Below are positions 18,037 through 26,153 of a stretch of DNA of 54,452 bases, piece by piece. The DNA is from Sphingomicrobium sp. (GTDB lineage: Bacteria > Pseudomonadota > Alphaproteobacteria > Sphingomonadales > Sphingomonadaceae): assembly GCA_035491735.1 (NCBI GenBank), contig DATJKE010000104.1, positions 1-54,452 of the forward strand, read 5' to 3'. The notes under the pieces were generated by a model, which made no database searches, had not been told where the DNA came from, and was given only the letters and a program-made list of their open reading frames with translations. Each line of letters opens with the position of its first letter. Positions within the stretch are counted from its first letter, which is position 1. The position numbers were made by a program, and so were the translations under genes.

Positions 18037-19817
18037 GCCTGTGCCCATCGCTCGGGCACATTTGGATAGAAATCGACCACATCGCCGAGAGCAGTACGGA
18101 GGGGCTCAAGCCACGGTTCGTACGGACGAACCTCATCACTTGAGCTGGAATAGATCGGCTGGCGGACTTGCTCCGAGCTGGATGTCTTTACTGCCCGCGG
18201 ATTTTCATGCTGCCGCAAACAGGCTTCCTCAAACGGAAGGTCCAAATAGGCGAGCAGCTTCCTGATTTCCTCCTCGGGATTGGCCGTAAGCCTCTCGTAA
18301 TTCACCCGGTGGATTCGCCCCGGCAGCACCTGGTCGTAATGCGCCATCAGCTCGACGTAGGCCGAATAGTAGCGGCCGAGGTCCTCGAGATCGTAGGCGA
18401 AATTCTTGCCGCTCGCGAAGTTTTGCCGGAAGTTGGAAAAGCAGCAGCTCATCGGATCGCGGCGGACGTCGACGATGTAGGCGTTCGGAAGGATCATCTG
18501 GATGAGGCCGACGTGAAGCCAGTTGGACGGCATCTTGTCGGTGAAGTGGGGGCGTTTCGATTGGCGCTTCGATCGCGTCGAGTAAATATAGGACGCTCCC
18601 ATCGCAGACATTTCGTCAGGAGCGAGCCCGGTCAGCTTGTTCAGATAGGGCGGAGCTTCCATGCCGGCTACATGGCCGTCGGCAAGGAATTCGGTGAGCA
18701 GGATCAGCTCGAACAGTTCCTCGGTACCCTCGACCTGGCTGTGGGAGGACAGGATCTGCTCGACCAGTGTCGAGCCGGCACGCGGCATGCCGATGATGAA
18801 GATCGGCTCCCTGGTCGCCAGCCCGGAGCCCTTGCGGCTCTCGAAAAATTCCGGGGTAAACAGCGCCTTTGACTTTGCGACATGATCTTCCACGGAATTG
18901 GCGAAGTATGTCACCAGACTGCGTTTCAGCTTGTTCGCACTCTCATAGTGGCGGAATGACGCGGCGAAATCGCCCTGGTCGCGATACGCCTTGCCGAGGG
19001 CAAATTGGATTAGACTGCTCTGCTGCTTGCTTGTGCTGCTACTTTCAACAGCCTGGAGCATGGTTTCGATATCGTCGGGCGCGAACTTGAAAGTCTTCAG
19101 ATCGGCCAGCGACCACCACCCCTGACCGTAGGCTGGATTGATCTCAACAGACCGCCGGTAAGCGTCAAGGCTCTCCTGCGCGCGACCCGAGATCCGCAGC
19201 ACATGGCCATAGCTCAGCCAATGGTCCGGATTGCCCGGCCGCTCGGCCACCAACTGCTCGTTGCGTCGAAGCGCGTCATCGAATTCGTCCGTTCCAACCG
19301 GCGGCTCGTCGGCTGCGGACGAGGGGACGGCAAGGGCCTGTTCCTGGGCCCTGAACAAACTGCGAAGGTCATTCGCTGCCTCATCGAACGATGGTGCAAG
19401 ATGCAATGATCGCCGGAGAAATTCTTGCGCCCTTGCCAACTTTCCCCGTGAGGTCGCCAGTCGCGCAGACAATCGCAGTGCTTCGGGATCGTGCGGAGTG
19501 TCGTTGAGAAATAGGCCGAGCAGGCGCTCTGCGTTCGACAGCTGATCTGTGGCTAGATATTGCGCCACGCGGACCAGCACGGGGTCGGCTTTGGAAATCC
19601 GTATACCCTGCTGTTCGGCGTCATTTGCTCCCGCCACGTCCCCGGTCAGGCGCAGCGCCGCCGAAAGGATGAAATAAGTCTCGGCGATCGATGGCTCGAC
19701 GCGGATGATCTCGCGGGCCTGACGGACTGCGGCCTTTGGATTGGAAGGTGTCAGGCGGCGCGCGCTGGCCAAGGCCTCTTCAATGGTTGCCGTGCCCTGA
19801 GCGGGGGAATCATTCAT
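18033..19817 (-). CDS. TPR-repeat sulfotransferase 1 (Sulfotransfer_3 / protein-tyrosine-sulfotransferase-like)
   Basis: GMPRAGSTLVEQIL, DKMPSN, RRDP..CCFS, TSSSEQVRQPI; N-terminal TPRs; ATG 19817 (track TTG 19829). Confidence 0.93.
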   Translation of the reverse strand: MNDSPAQGTATIEEALASARRLTPSNPKAAVRQAREIIRVEPSIAETYFILSAALRLTGDVAGANDAEQQGIRISKADPVLVRVAQYLATDQLSNAERLLGLFLNDTPHDPEALRLSARLATSRGKLARAQEFLRRSLHLAPSFDEAANDLRSLFRAQEQALAVPSSAADEPPVGTDEFDDALRRNEQLVAERPGNPDHWLSYGHVLRISGRAQESLDAYRRSVEINPAYGQGWWSLADLKTFKFAPDDIETMLQAVESSSTSKQQSSLIQFALGKAYRDQGDFAASFRHYESANKLKRSLVTYFANSVEDHVAKSKALFTPEFFESRKGSGLATREPIFIIGMPRAGSTLVEQILSSHSQVEGTEELFELILLTEFLADGHVAGMEAPPYLNKLTGLAPDEMSAMGASYIYSTRSKRQSKRPHFTDKMPSNWLHVGLIQMILPNAYIVDVRRDPMSCCFSNFRQNFASGKNFAYDLEDLGRYYSAYVELMAHYDQVLPGRIHRVNYERLTANPEEEIRKLLAYLDLPFEEACLRQHENPRAVKTSSSEQVRQPIYSSSSDEVRPYEPWLEPLRTALGDVVDFYPNVPERWAQA

Positions 19818-19879
19818 TTGCCCGTCCAAGCACAGCCTACACCGGAAAACAAAAGGATTTCATTCGGTTGCACGCTGGC

Positions 19880-19914
19880 AAAAAGAAAAGGGGCCGGGCT
19901 CTTGTCCCGGCCCC
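19880..19914 (-). terminator. Intrinsic terminator after TonB-dependent receptor A
   Basis: Minus strand GGGGCCGGG-acaagag-CCCGGCCCC followed by TTTTCTTTTT. Confidence 0.85.
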
Positions 19915-19933
19915 CGAAGATTTGAATGACCGC

Positions 19934-22900
19934 CTAGAACCGAGCCTTGAAGCCGGCGTAGAAGAAGCGTCCGATGTTCCGGAAGACGCCCGTGCCACCG
20001 CCAATGCCGGTTGCTCCGAGCGGAGGCTTTTCATTGGTGATATCGTCGATGCCGACATAGAAATTATAGTTATTGCTGACATCGATCGCTGCCCGAACGT
20101 CGTGGTACCACATCGTCGGATAGAATTTCTGATCGGCAAAATCAGGATCCTGGGCCGGGCGACCCTGCTTCGAGAACCAGGTTTCATACTCGGTTCCGTT
20201 GAGCAGCTGTTTGCCGATGTAGCGCAGCTGATAACCGAACGAGAACTTGCCCGTCTTCAATGTGGTGTTCCAGCTGAACTCGTCCTTCGGGTCATTCAGT
20301 TCCAAAAGGATTTGGTCCGCAATACCCGGATCGGTGGGGTCGAGGAACTGGTCGTTCTGGAGAACATGAGTCCAAATCACGCGCGTATCGAGCATGCCGA
20401 TGTCGAACAGCCTGCCTCGATATGCTGCTTCGAAGTCGAGGCCCCGCACCTTGAGCTTCGCATAGTTCAGCGGGATGAGATGCAAGCTATTCTCGATGAT
20501 CCGCCCTTCTTCTTCGCCGCCCGGTCCGCCGCCCGGTCCCGCACGCTCGAACAGCGGGCAGAAGGGATTGTCGAGGTCGGGCAAGTCATAACAGGCGTTG
20601 ATCACGGCCTGGGCAGAAGGCGAGGTGATCACATCGTGGACGGTGATGTTGTAGTAATCGACCGACAAGGAGAAGCCGGGGACCCAGCGCGGCGTGAGAA
20701 CGCCGCCCAGCGTGATCGAATCCGAGCTTTCCGGTTTCAGGTCCGCGTTGCCGCCCGACAGATAGGCAAGCGACCGGGTATATTCGAAGTTGAAATCCGC
20801 CGGCACGCCGGCCGCTAGGCAATTGGCCTCCCGGAATTCTGATCCCTGTGCCCGGTTATCCAGAGCGCAGGGATCTTCCGGCGCCGGTGTGAAGTTCGAG
20901 CCCAGCGGCGTGAAAGCGTCCGCGAGACTTGGCGCGCGTACCGCTCGCGAAAAATTGCCGCGGAAGCGGATATCTCGGGTCGGAGCGAGTTCGCCGCCGA
21001 TGTTATACGCCCACACGCCGCCGAACGTTTTGTACTTTGCGTAGCGCGCTGCCCCCGAAAGGGTCAGCTCGTGGATGATCTGATCCTTCAGGATCGGTAG
21101 CCGGATTTCGCCGAAGACTTCATTCACCTTGAACGTCGGTGGGGTGAAGTCGGGAATCGCGTTGTAGAAAGTCATGCCGGCCGCCGTGGAATCATCCTGC
21201 TTGTAGCTGACGTCGTAGTTGCGATGCTCTGCGCCAAGCGCGAAACCGATCGCGCCGCCAGGCAGATTGATGAACTCGCTCGTGTCGCCCGAAACAAAGG
21301 CGTTCACCACAAACTGCTTGATCCAGCCCTTGGCCAGCGAATCCTGAAGGATATAGTCCTTTGCGGCCTGGCTGATGTTGCCGGATCCGAACGGGTTCAA
21401 CGGCACGCAGTTTGCGACATCGTTGGCGAGCTGGGCCGCGGCGAATGCAGGATCCAGATTATTGGCCAGCGGTATGGCATAATCAGGGTCGATTTTCGCA
21501 CGGCAGACGATATTGCCCGTGCCGTCGTCGACAGCGTCCTTGGCCAGCAGGAATCGCTGCGTGTTGACGTTGCCGAAGATGCGAGTTTTTTCCTTCAGCT
21601 TGCCGTAATTCAGCGAGACTTCGTACGACCAGTCGTCATTGAAATCGCCGCGTACGCCGGTGACGATCTGGAAGGTGTCGCGGCGAGCCTTTTCCTCACG
21701 GTTCCCCAAATCCAGGTAATTACGGTACATGTAGAAATAGCTCTGACCATGTCCTTCCAAGACGTCGCGAGCCTGGGGGTTGAGGAATGGATTGTCTGTG
21801 AAAAATACGTCGCGGCTGAAGGCTTCGTTGACATTGGGTGTGCTTGGATCGTCTCCCAGCGGATGGCCGTCCGGATAAACCTCGGATGTCGACGGAGTGA
21901 AGAACGGACCCGACGCATTACCAAGCGAGTCCGTCCGAACCCACTTCGCCTCGACGAACGGCACCAGCGCCGGCGAGACCTCATAATGGCCGATCAGGTT
22001 GAACGCGTAGCGATCCAGGGCTGGCGACAGCCCGAACTGCTTTCCGTCACGAGCATTGTCGCCATTGCCGCCCAGGAAATAACCGAAATATGGCACGCCG
22101 ATGCGCTCGCCAGTCTGTGGCGCGAGCGTTCCGTCAGGTTGGAAGATATAAGGATTGACGAATAAACCGGGCTGGCGGTTATTGGTGCCTTCCAGATAAG
22201 TGAAATAGCCAAAATAGGGCCCGGACCAAACGGTGCCGCCATTGGCGTAATAAACGAACCGCACGTCTTCGAAGAACCTGCGGTCGGGAGTGCCGTCCGA
22301 TGACTCGCCAACCGGATCTTCTTCAACCTGGAAGAAACCGCACACGTTCCTGAAGCATTTGCCACGCTGGGAAGCGTAGAAATCGTCCTGGCGGGCATAT
22401 TCGAAATTGAGCGCGACATTGCCGCGGCCGTCGGCGAAATTCGTGCCGCCGAGCGCGCTTATATAATAGCTGCCGGCGTCGCCATATTTGCTGATGCCGC
22501 CCTGGCCGCGCACCTGCAGACCCTCATAATCCTGTTTCAGGACGAAGTTCACGACGCCGGCGATCGCGTCGGAACCGTAGATCGCGGAATTGCCGCCGGT
22601 GACGACGTCAACGCGCTCGATCAGGTCGGTTGGGATGGTGTTGGTGTCGACTTCGACCGCGTTGCCGAGGATGTTCGAAGCAATGTGACGGCGGCCGTTC
22701 ACCAGCGTCAGGGTGCGCTGCGTACCGAGGCCGCGAAGATCCAGGATGTTGAGACCCGACGTGCCGAGGAAGCGAGTCGAGTTAGACTGGTTGAACGTGT
22801 TCCTAAGGGCCGGAAGCTCGTTCAGCGTATCGCCGACAGATGTCTGTCCGGTTTCGAAGAATGCGTCGCCTTGAACCGATGTGATTGGAACAGTCGATTC

Positions 22901-23140
22901 AAGGTTGGGGCGCTTGATGCGGGAACCCGTGACGACAATGGCGGCGCAATTGGGGTCGCTGGGGTTGGTGGCGCAGTCGACACCTTGGTTAGCTGCCGCC
23001 GTTGGTGCGGGTTGCTCTGCTGCTGCGGCATCCTGATCCGCCGGCGGAACGTCCTGCGCGAAGGCAGGCTGGGCCAGCATCACGGCACTGGTAAATGCGG
23101 CCGATTGGAGCACGGTCGCGCCGAGCAGCTTCATCCTCAT
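19934..23140 (-). CDS. TonB-dependent receptor A (1068 aa, Tyr-rich and Cys-rich loops)
   Basis: Signal peptide ending PAFA, IVVTGSRIKRPNLES, plug motifs LRGLGTQRTLTLVNGRR and GSDAIAGVVNF, C-terminal ARF; clear paralog of receptor B. Confidence 0.96.
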   Translation of the reverse strand: MRMKLLGATVLQSAAFTSAVMLAQPAFAQDVPPADQDAAAAEQPAPTAAANQGVDCATNPSDPNCAAIVVTGSRIKRPNLESTVPITSVQGDAFFETGQTSVGDTLNELPALRNTFNQSNSTRFLGTSGLNILDLRGLGTQRTLTLVNGRRHIASNILGNAVEVDTNTIPTDLIERVDVVTGGNSAIYGSDAIAGVVNFVLKQDYEGLQVRGQGGISKYGDAGSYYISALGGTNFADGRGNVALNFEYARQDDFYASQRGKCFRNVCGFFQVEEDPVGESSDGTPDRRFFEDVRFVYYANGGTVWSGPYFGYFTYLEGTNNRQPGLFVNPYIFQPDGTLAPQTGERIGVPYFGYFLGGNGDNARDGKQFGLSPALDRYAFNLIGHYEVSPALVPFVEAKWVRTDSLGNASGPFFTPSTSEVYPDGHPLGDDPSTPNVNEAFSRDVFFTDNPFLNPQARDVLEGHGQSYFYMYRNYLDLGNREEKARRDTFQIVTGVRGDFNDDWSYEVSLNYGKLKEKTRIFGNVNTQRFLLAKDAVDDGTGNIVCRAKIDPDYAIPLANNLDPAFAAAQLANDVANCVPLNPFGSGNISQAAKDYILQDSLAKGWIKQFVVNAFVSGDTSEFINLPGGAIGFALGAEHRNYDVSYKQDDSTAAGMTFYNAIPDFTPPTFKVNEVFGEIRLPILKDQIIHELTLSGAARYAKYKTFGGVWAYNIGGELAPTRDIRFRGNFSRAVRAPSLADAFTPLGSNFTPAPEDPCALDNRAQGSEFREANCLAAGVPADFNFEYTRSLAYLSGGNADLKPESSDSITLGGVLTPRWVPGFSLSVDYYNITVHDVITSPSAQAVINACYDLPDLDNPFCPLFERAGPGGGPGGEEEGRIIENSLHLIPLNYAKLKVRGLDFEAAYRGRLFDIGMLDTRVIWTHVLQNDQFLDPTDPGIADQILLELNDPKDEFSWNTTLKTGKFSFGYQLRYIGKQLLNGTEYETWFSKQGRPAQDPDFADQKFYPTMWYHDVRAAIDVSNNYNFYVGIDDITNEKPPLGATGIGGGTGVFRNIGRFFYAGFKARF

Positions 23141-23250
23141 AGTGAAACACCCCTTTTTTACGCTTTGAACAGGACAAGGCGGCGAGGCTTGGATATTTGC
23201 CGTTAATGATCAATCGAGGCTCGACGAACGGCGGCCCGTTTTCAAATGAC

Positions 23251-23268
23251 TGTGGCGATTTTATCACG
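23251..23268. promoter_or_regulatory. 18-bp imperfect palindromic operator upstream of receptor A
   Basis: TGTGGCGATTTTATCACG, 111-128 bp upstream of the ATG; shares the TGTGGC half-site and length with 16146..16163. Confidence 0.45.
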
Positions 23269-23340
23269 CAGCATTGCGCTGGGTTGATGAGACTGAGCAA
23301 TATTGCGCTGCTTTACTGTGTCTCTCCAGCGGCCCTATGA

Positions 23341-25719
23341 ATGTCTCATGATTTGCGGGGGCAGGGCAGGGTGATCGTCGGCGCACAGGCTGCTGCGGCA
23401 ATCATTGTCATCGCCGCTTTATGGGTCGCGCTCGCGGCGGCATTGGCCATTCTTGCGGCACGCCGGCTTCGCCGCGCACAGTCGGTGCTCGGCGCCGCAC
23501 GAACCATGCGTGCGCTTCTTGATGCCGCTCCGGCGCGTGCGCTGCTGGTATTTGGCGACGGAAGTATCGAGGCTGATTCAAAGCTGGTTCGCGAACTTGG
23601 GCTTCCCTCGCCGCCGGAACGGCTGGAGCAATTGGCCGGCGACGATCATGGTTTCGATCGCGAGGACTTCGCCGCCTTTGGCGAAGTCCTGGACGATGTC
23701 CGGTTGAGCGGCGCTGCGATCCGCCGGCAATTGCGTTTGGCCGGCCGTAGCAAGATCGTCGAGTTGCGCGCCGAGTTGGCGCCGCCTCCCGCCAAGCCTG
23801 GTTCGGTGCTGGTCTGGCTGTTCGACATCAGCGACGCCGATGCCGAGCGGGTCAAGCTGATCCGCCGGCTCGACCAGACCGAAGGTGCCCTGGATGCGCT
23901 CACCCACCTGATCGAAAGCGCGCCCTTCCCAATGTGGTATCGCGGGCCCGACCTCAGCCTCGGTCTGGTCAACGCCGCTTTCGTCACTGCTGTCCAGGGC
24001 CGCGATGCAGCCGAAGTGATCGAACGAGGCAATGAGCTGATCGATGCCGTCGGGTCGGATAGCGCCCGCGCCGGGGCCGAGGTCGCACTGGAAAGCGGGC
24101 GGCCCTATTCGCGGACCCAGCCGGCGACCATCGGCCAGGAGCGGCGGATGCTGCGGATCGTCGATGTGCCCTTGCCTACGGGTGCTGTCGCCGGCTTCGC
24201 GGTCGACATCCAGGATCTGGAGGATGCCCGGATCGAACTGGCCCGGCACCAGGAATCGCAACGCGAGCTGGCGGACCGCATGACCGCCGGCGCGGTACAG
24301 TTCGACGGTGAGCGGCAACTCGCTTTCTTCAATCAGCCGTTCGCGATCATGGCTCAGCTGGAGCCCGAATGGCTGTCGGAAAGGCCGGAATTCGACCGGG
24401 TTGTGGAGCGGATGCGTGAGAATGGCCGCTTGCCCGAAGTCCGCGATTTCCCGGCCTGGAAGGCCGAGCGGCGCGACTGGTTCACGTCCGCCGAAGAGAC
24501 CATCGAGGAAGACTGGATCCTAGCCAACGGCGACCATCTTCGACTGCTTGCTCAGCCATTGCCCGACGGTGGCCTCAGGCTGATCTTCGAGGACCGCACC
24601 GAGCAGGTCCGGCTGGCTTCGGCGCGCGATACTCTGTTGCGCGTTCGCGCCGCGACCTTCGACAATCTGTTCGAAGTGATCAGCGTGTTCGCTTCGGACG
24701 GACGGCTTTACCTATGGAACCGTCGGTTCAGCGAGCTTTGGGACCTCGACGAAGGCTGGCTGGCGGAGCATCCGCGCGTCGACGAACTGGTCCCGGCCAT
24801 GGCCAAGAGGCTGGTCAATCCGACCGCCGCCGCCCAGGTGCGCGAGCTGGTTCGGTCGACCACCAGCGGCCGCCAGTCCGGGACCGGCCGATTGTCGCTG
24901 ACCGATGGGCGCCACCTCGACTTTGCCGCAGTGCCTTTGCCCGACGGAAATGCGTTGTTCACGATGATCGATGTCACCGATTCCAGCCGGATCGAGGCCG
25001 CGCTTCGGGAGCGGGCAACTGCGCTCGAGGAGGCAGACCGGGTCAAGACCGATTTCGTCGCAAACATGAGCTACGAGCTTCGAACTCCGCTGACGTCGAT
25101 CGGCGGGTTCGCTGAAATGTTGGCGGCGGGATATGCCGGCAAGCTGCCCCCGGCGGCGTCGGATTATGTCGGCGCGATACTGGAATCGGTCGACCGCCTG
25201 TCGAAGCTGATAAACGACGTGCTCGACCTGACCCAGGGCGATACGCAAGGCGTCGTACTGGAACGCGAGCGCGTCGACATTGCCGGTATGTGCCGCGCCG
25301 CCTGCGAGGCGCTGCGCGCTCGCGCCGAAGAAAAGGGCCAGAAGCTGGAGGTCAATCTTGAGCCGAGCGCAGGCAGCGTCATCGGAGATGCCCGCCGTTT
25401 GCGGGAATCGGTCGAGCATATTCTTCGCAATGCCGTCGCTTACACCGATGACGGCGGGCATGTGTGGCTCAGGGCAAGCGGTGACGACGAGCAGGCCGTC
25501 GTAACGGTCGTCGATGACGGACCGGGAATCCCAAAGGAGGACCAGGCTCAGGTGTTCGCCCGTTTCCACCGCTCCGGAGTCAGGGGTGAGGCCGCACTCG
25601 GCCTTGGCCTGCCGCTTACCCGCCAGTTCATCGAGGCCCATGGCGGTGCAGTCGAGCTGGAATCGGCGATCGGCAAGGGCACCAGTGTTTCGCTCACCAT
25701 TCCGCGCGCCCCGCAATGA
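23341..25719 (+). CDS. divL: PAS-domain DivL-type pseudo-histidine kinase
   Basis: N-terminal TM, several PAS-like domains, H-box NMSYELRTPL with Tyr in place of His, HATPase DDGPGI/GLGL; located directly upstream of tsaE. Confidence 0.82.
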   Translation: MSHDLRGQGRVIVGAQAAAAIIVIAALWVALAAALAILAARRLRRAQSVLGAARTMRALLDAAPARALLVFGDGSIEADSKLVRELGLPSPPERLEQLAGDDHGFDREDFAAFGEVLDDVRLSGAAIRRQLRLAGRSKIVELRAELAPPPAKPGSVLVWLFDISDADAERVKLIRRLDQTEGALDALTHLIESAPFPMWYRGPDLSLGLVNAAFVTAVQGRDAAEVIERGNELIDAVGSDSARAGAEVALESGRPYSRTQPATIGQERRMLRIVDVPLPTGAVAGFAVDIQDLEDARIELARHQESQRELADRMTAGAVQFDGERQLAFFNQPFAIMAQLEPEWLSERPEFDRVVERMRENGRLPEVRDFPAWKAERRDWFTSAEETIEEDWILANGDHLRLLAQPLPDGGLRLIFEDRTEQVRLASARDTLLRVRAATFDNLFEVISVFASDGRLYLWNRRFSELWDLDEGWLAEHPRVDELVPAMAKRLVNPTAAAQVRELVRSTTSGRQSGTGRLSLTDGRHLDFAAVPLPDGNALFTMIDVTDSSRIEAALRERATALEEADRVKTDFVANMSYELRTPLTSIGGFAEMLAAGYAGKLPPAASDYVGAILESVDRLSKLINDVLDLTQGDTQGVVLERERVDIAGMCRAACEALRARAEEKGQKLEVNLEPSAGSVIGDARRLRESVEHILRNAVAYTDDGGHVWLRASGDDEQAVVTVVDDGPGIPKEDQAQVFARFHRSGVRGEAALGLGLPLTRQFIEAHGGAVELESAIGKGTSVSLTIPRAPQ

Positions 25720-26153
25720 GGATCAAGGACGAGAAGGCGATGCTCGCTTTCGGCCGAAAGCTTGCGGGAGCAGTTGGGCCCGGCGATGTGGTGACGCTGT
25801 CGGGTCCGCTGTCGGCTGGCAAAACCACTTTGGTGCGCGGACTTTTGGCGGCGCTGGGCCACAAAGGTGAAGTGCCCAGTCCCAGCTTCGCCCTGGTCCA
25901 GCCCTATGAGATGCTGGAACTGCCGGTGTGGCATGTCGATCTCTATCGCATTGATGATCCTTCCGAGCTCGACGAACTCGGCCTCGATGATGCCGGTGAA
26001 GAAGGCGTGTTGCTGGTCGAATGGCCGGAGCATGCCGGCCGCAAGCCGTGGCCCCGGGCGCTCGCCCTGTCGCTCGAAGTGCTGGAAGACGGTGCGCGCG
26101 CCTTGACAGCGGAGGTGCCGGCGGCATGGGAAGGGCGATGGCCTCCCCGATGA
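25716..26153 (+). CDS. tsaE: tRNA threonylcarbamoyladenosine biosynthesis ATPase TsaE
   Basis: GPLSAGKTT Walker A, VPSPSFALVQ.Y, HVDLYR, VEWP; ATGA overlap with the kinase gene. Confidence 0.95.
   Translation: MRIKDEKAMLAFGRKLAGAVGPGDVVTLSGPLSAGKTTLVRGLLAALGHKGEVPSPSFALVQPYEMLELPVWHVDLYRIDDPSELDELGLDDAGEEGVLLVEWPEHAGRKPWPRALALSLEVLEDGARALTAEVPAAWEGRWPPR

Noticed and set aside
11622-23340. Integrative or transposable element
   Set aside because: No integrase, transposase, att-like direct repeats or terminal inverted repeats seen
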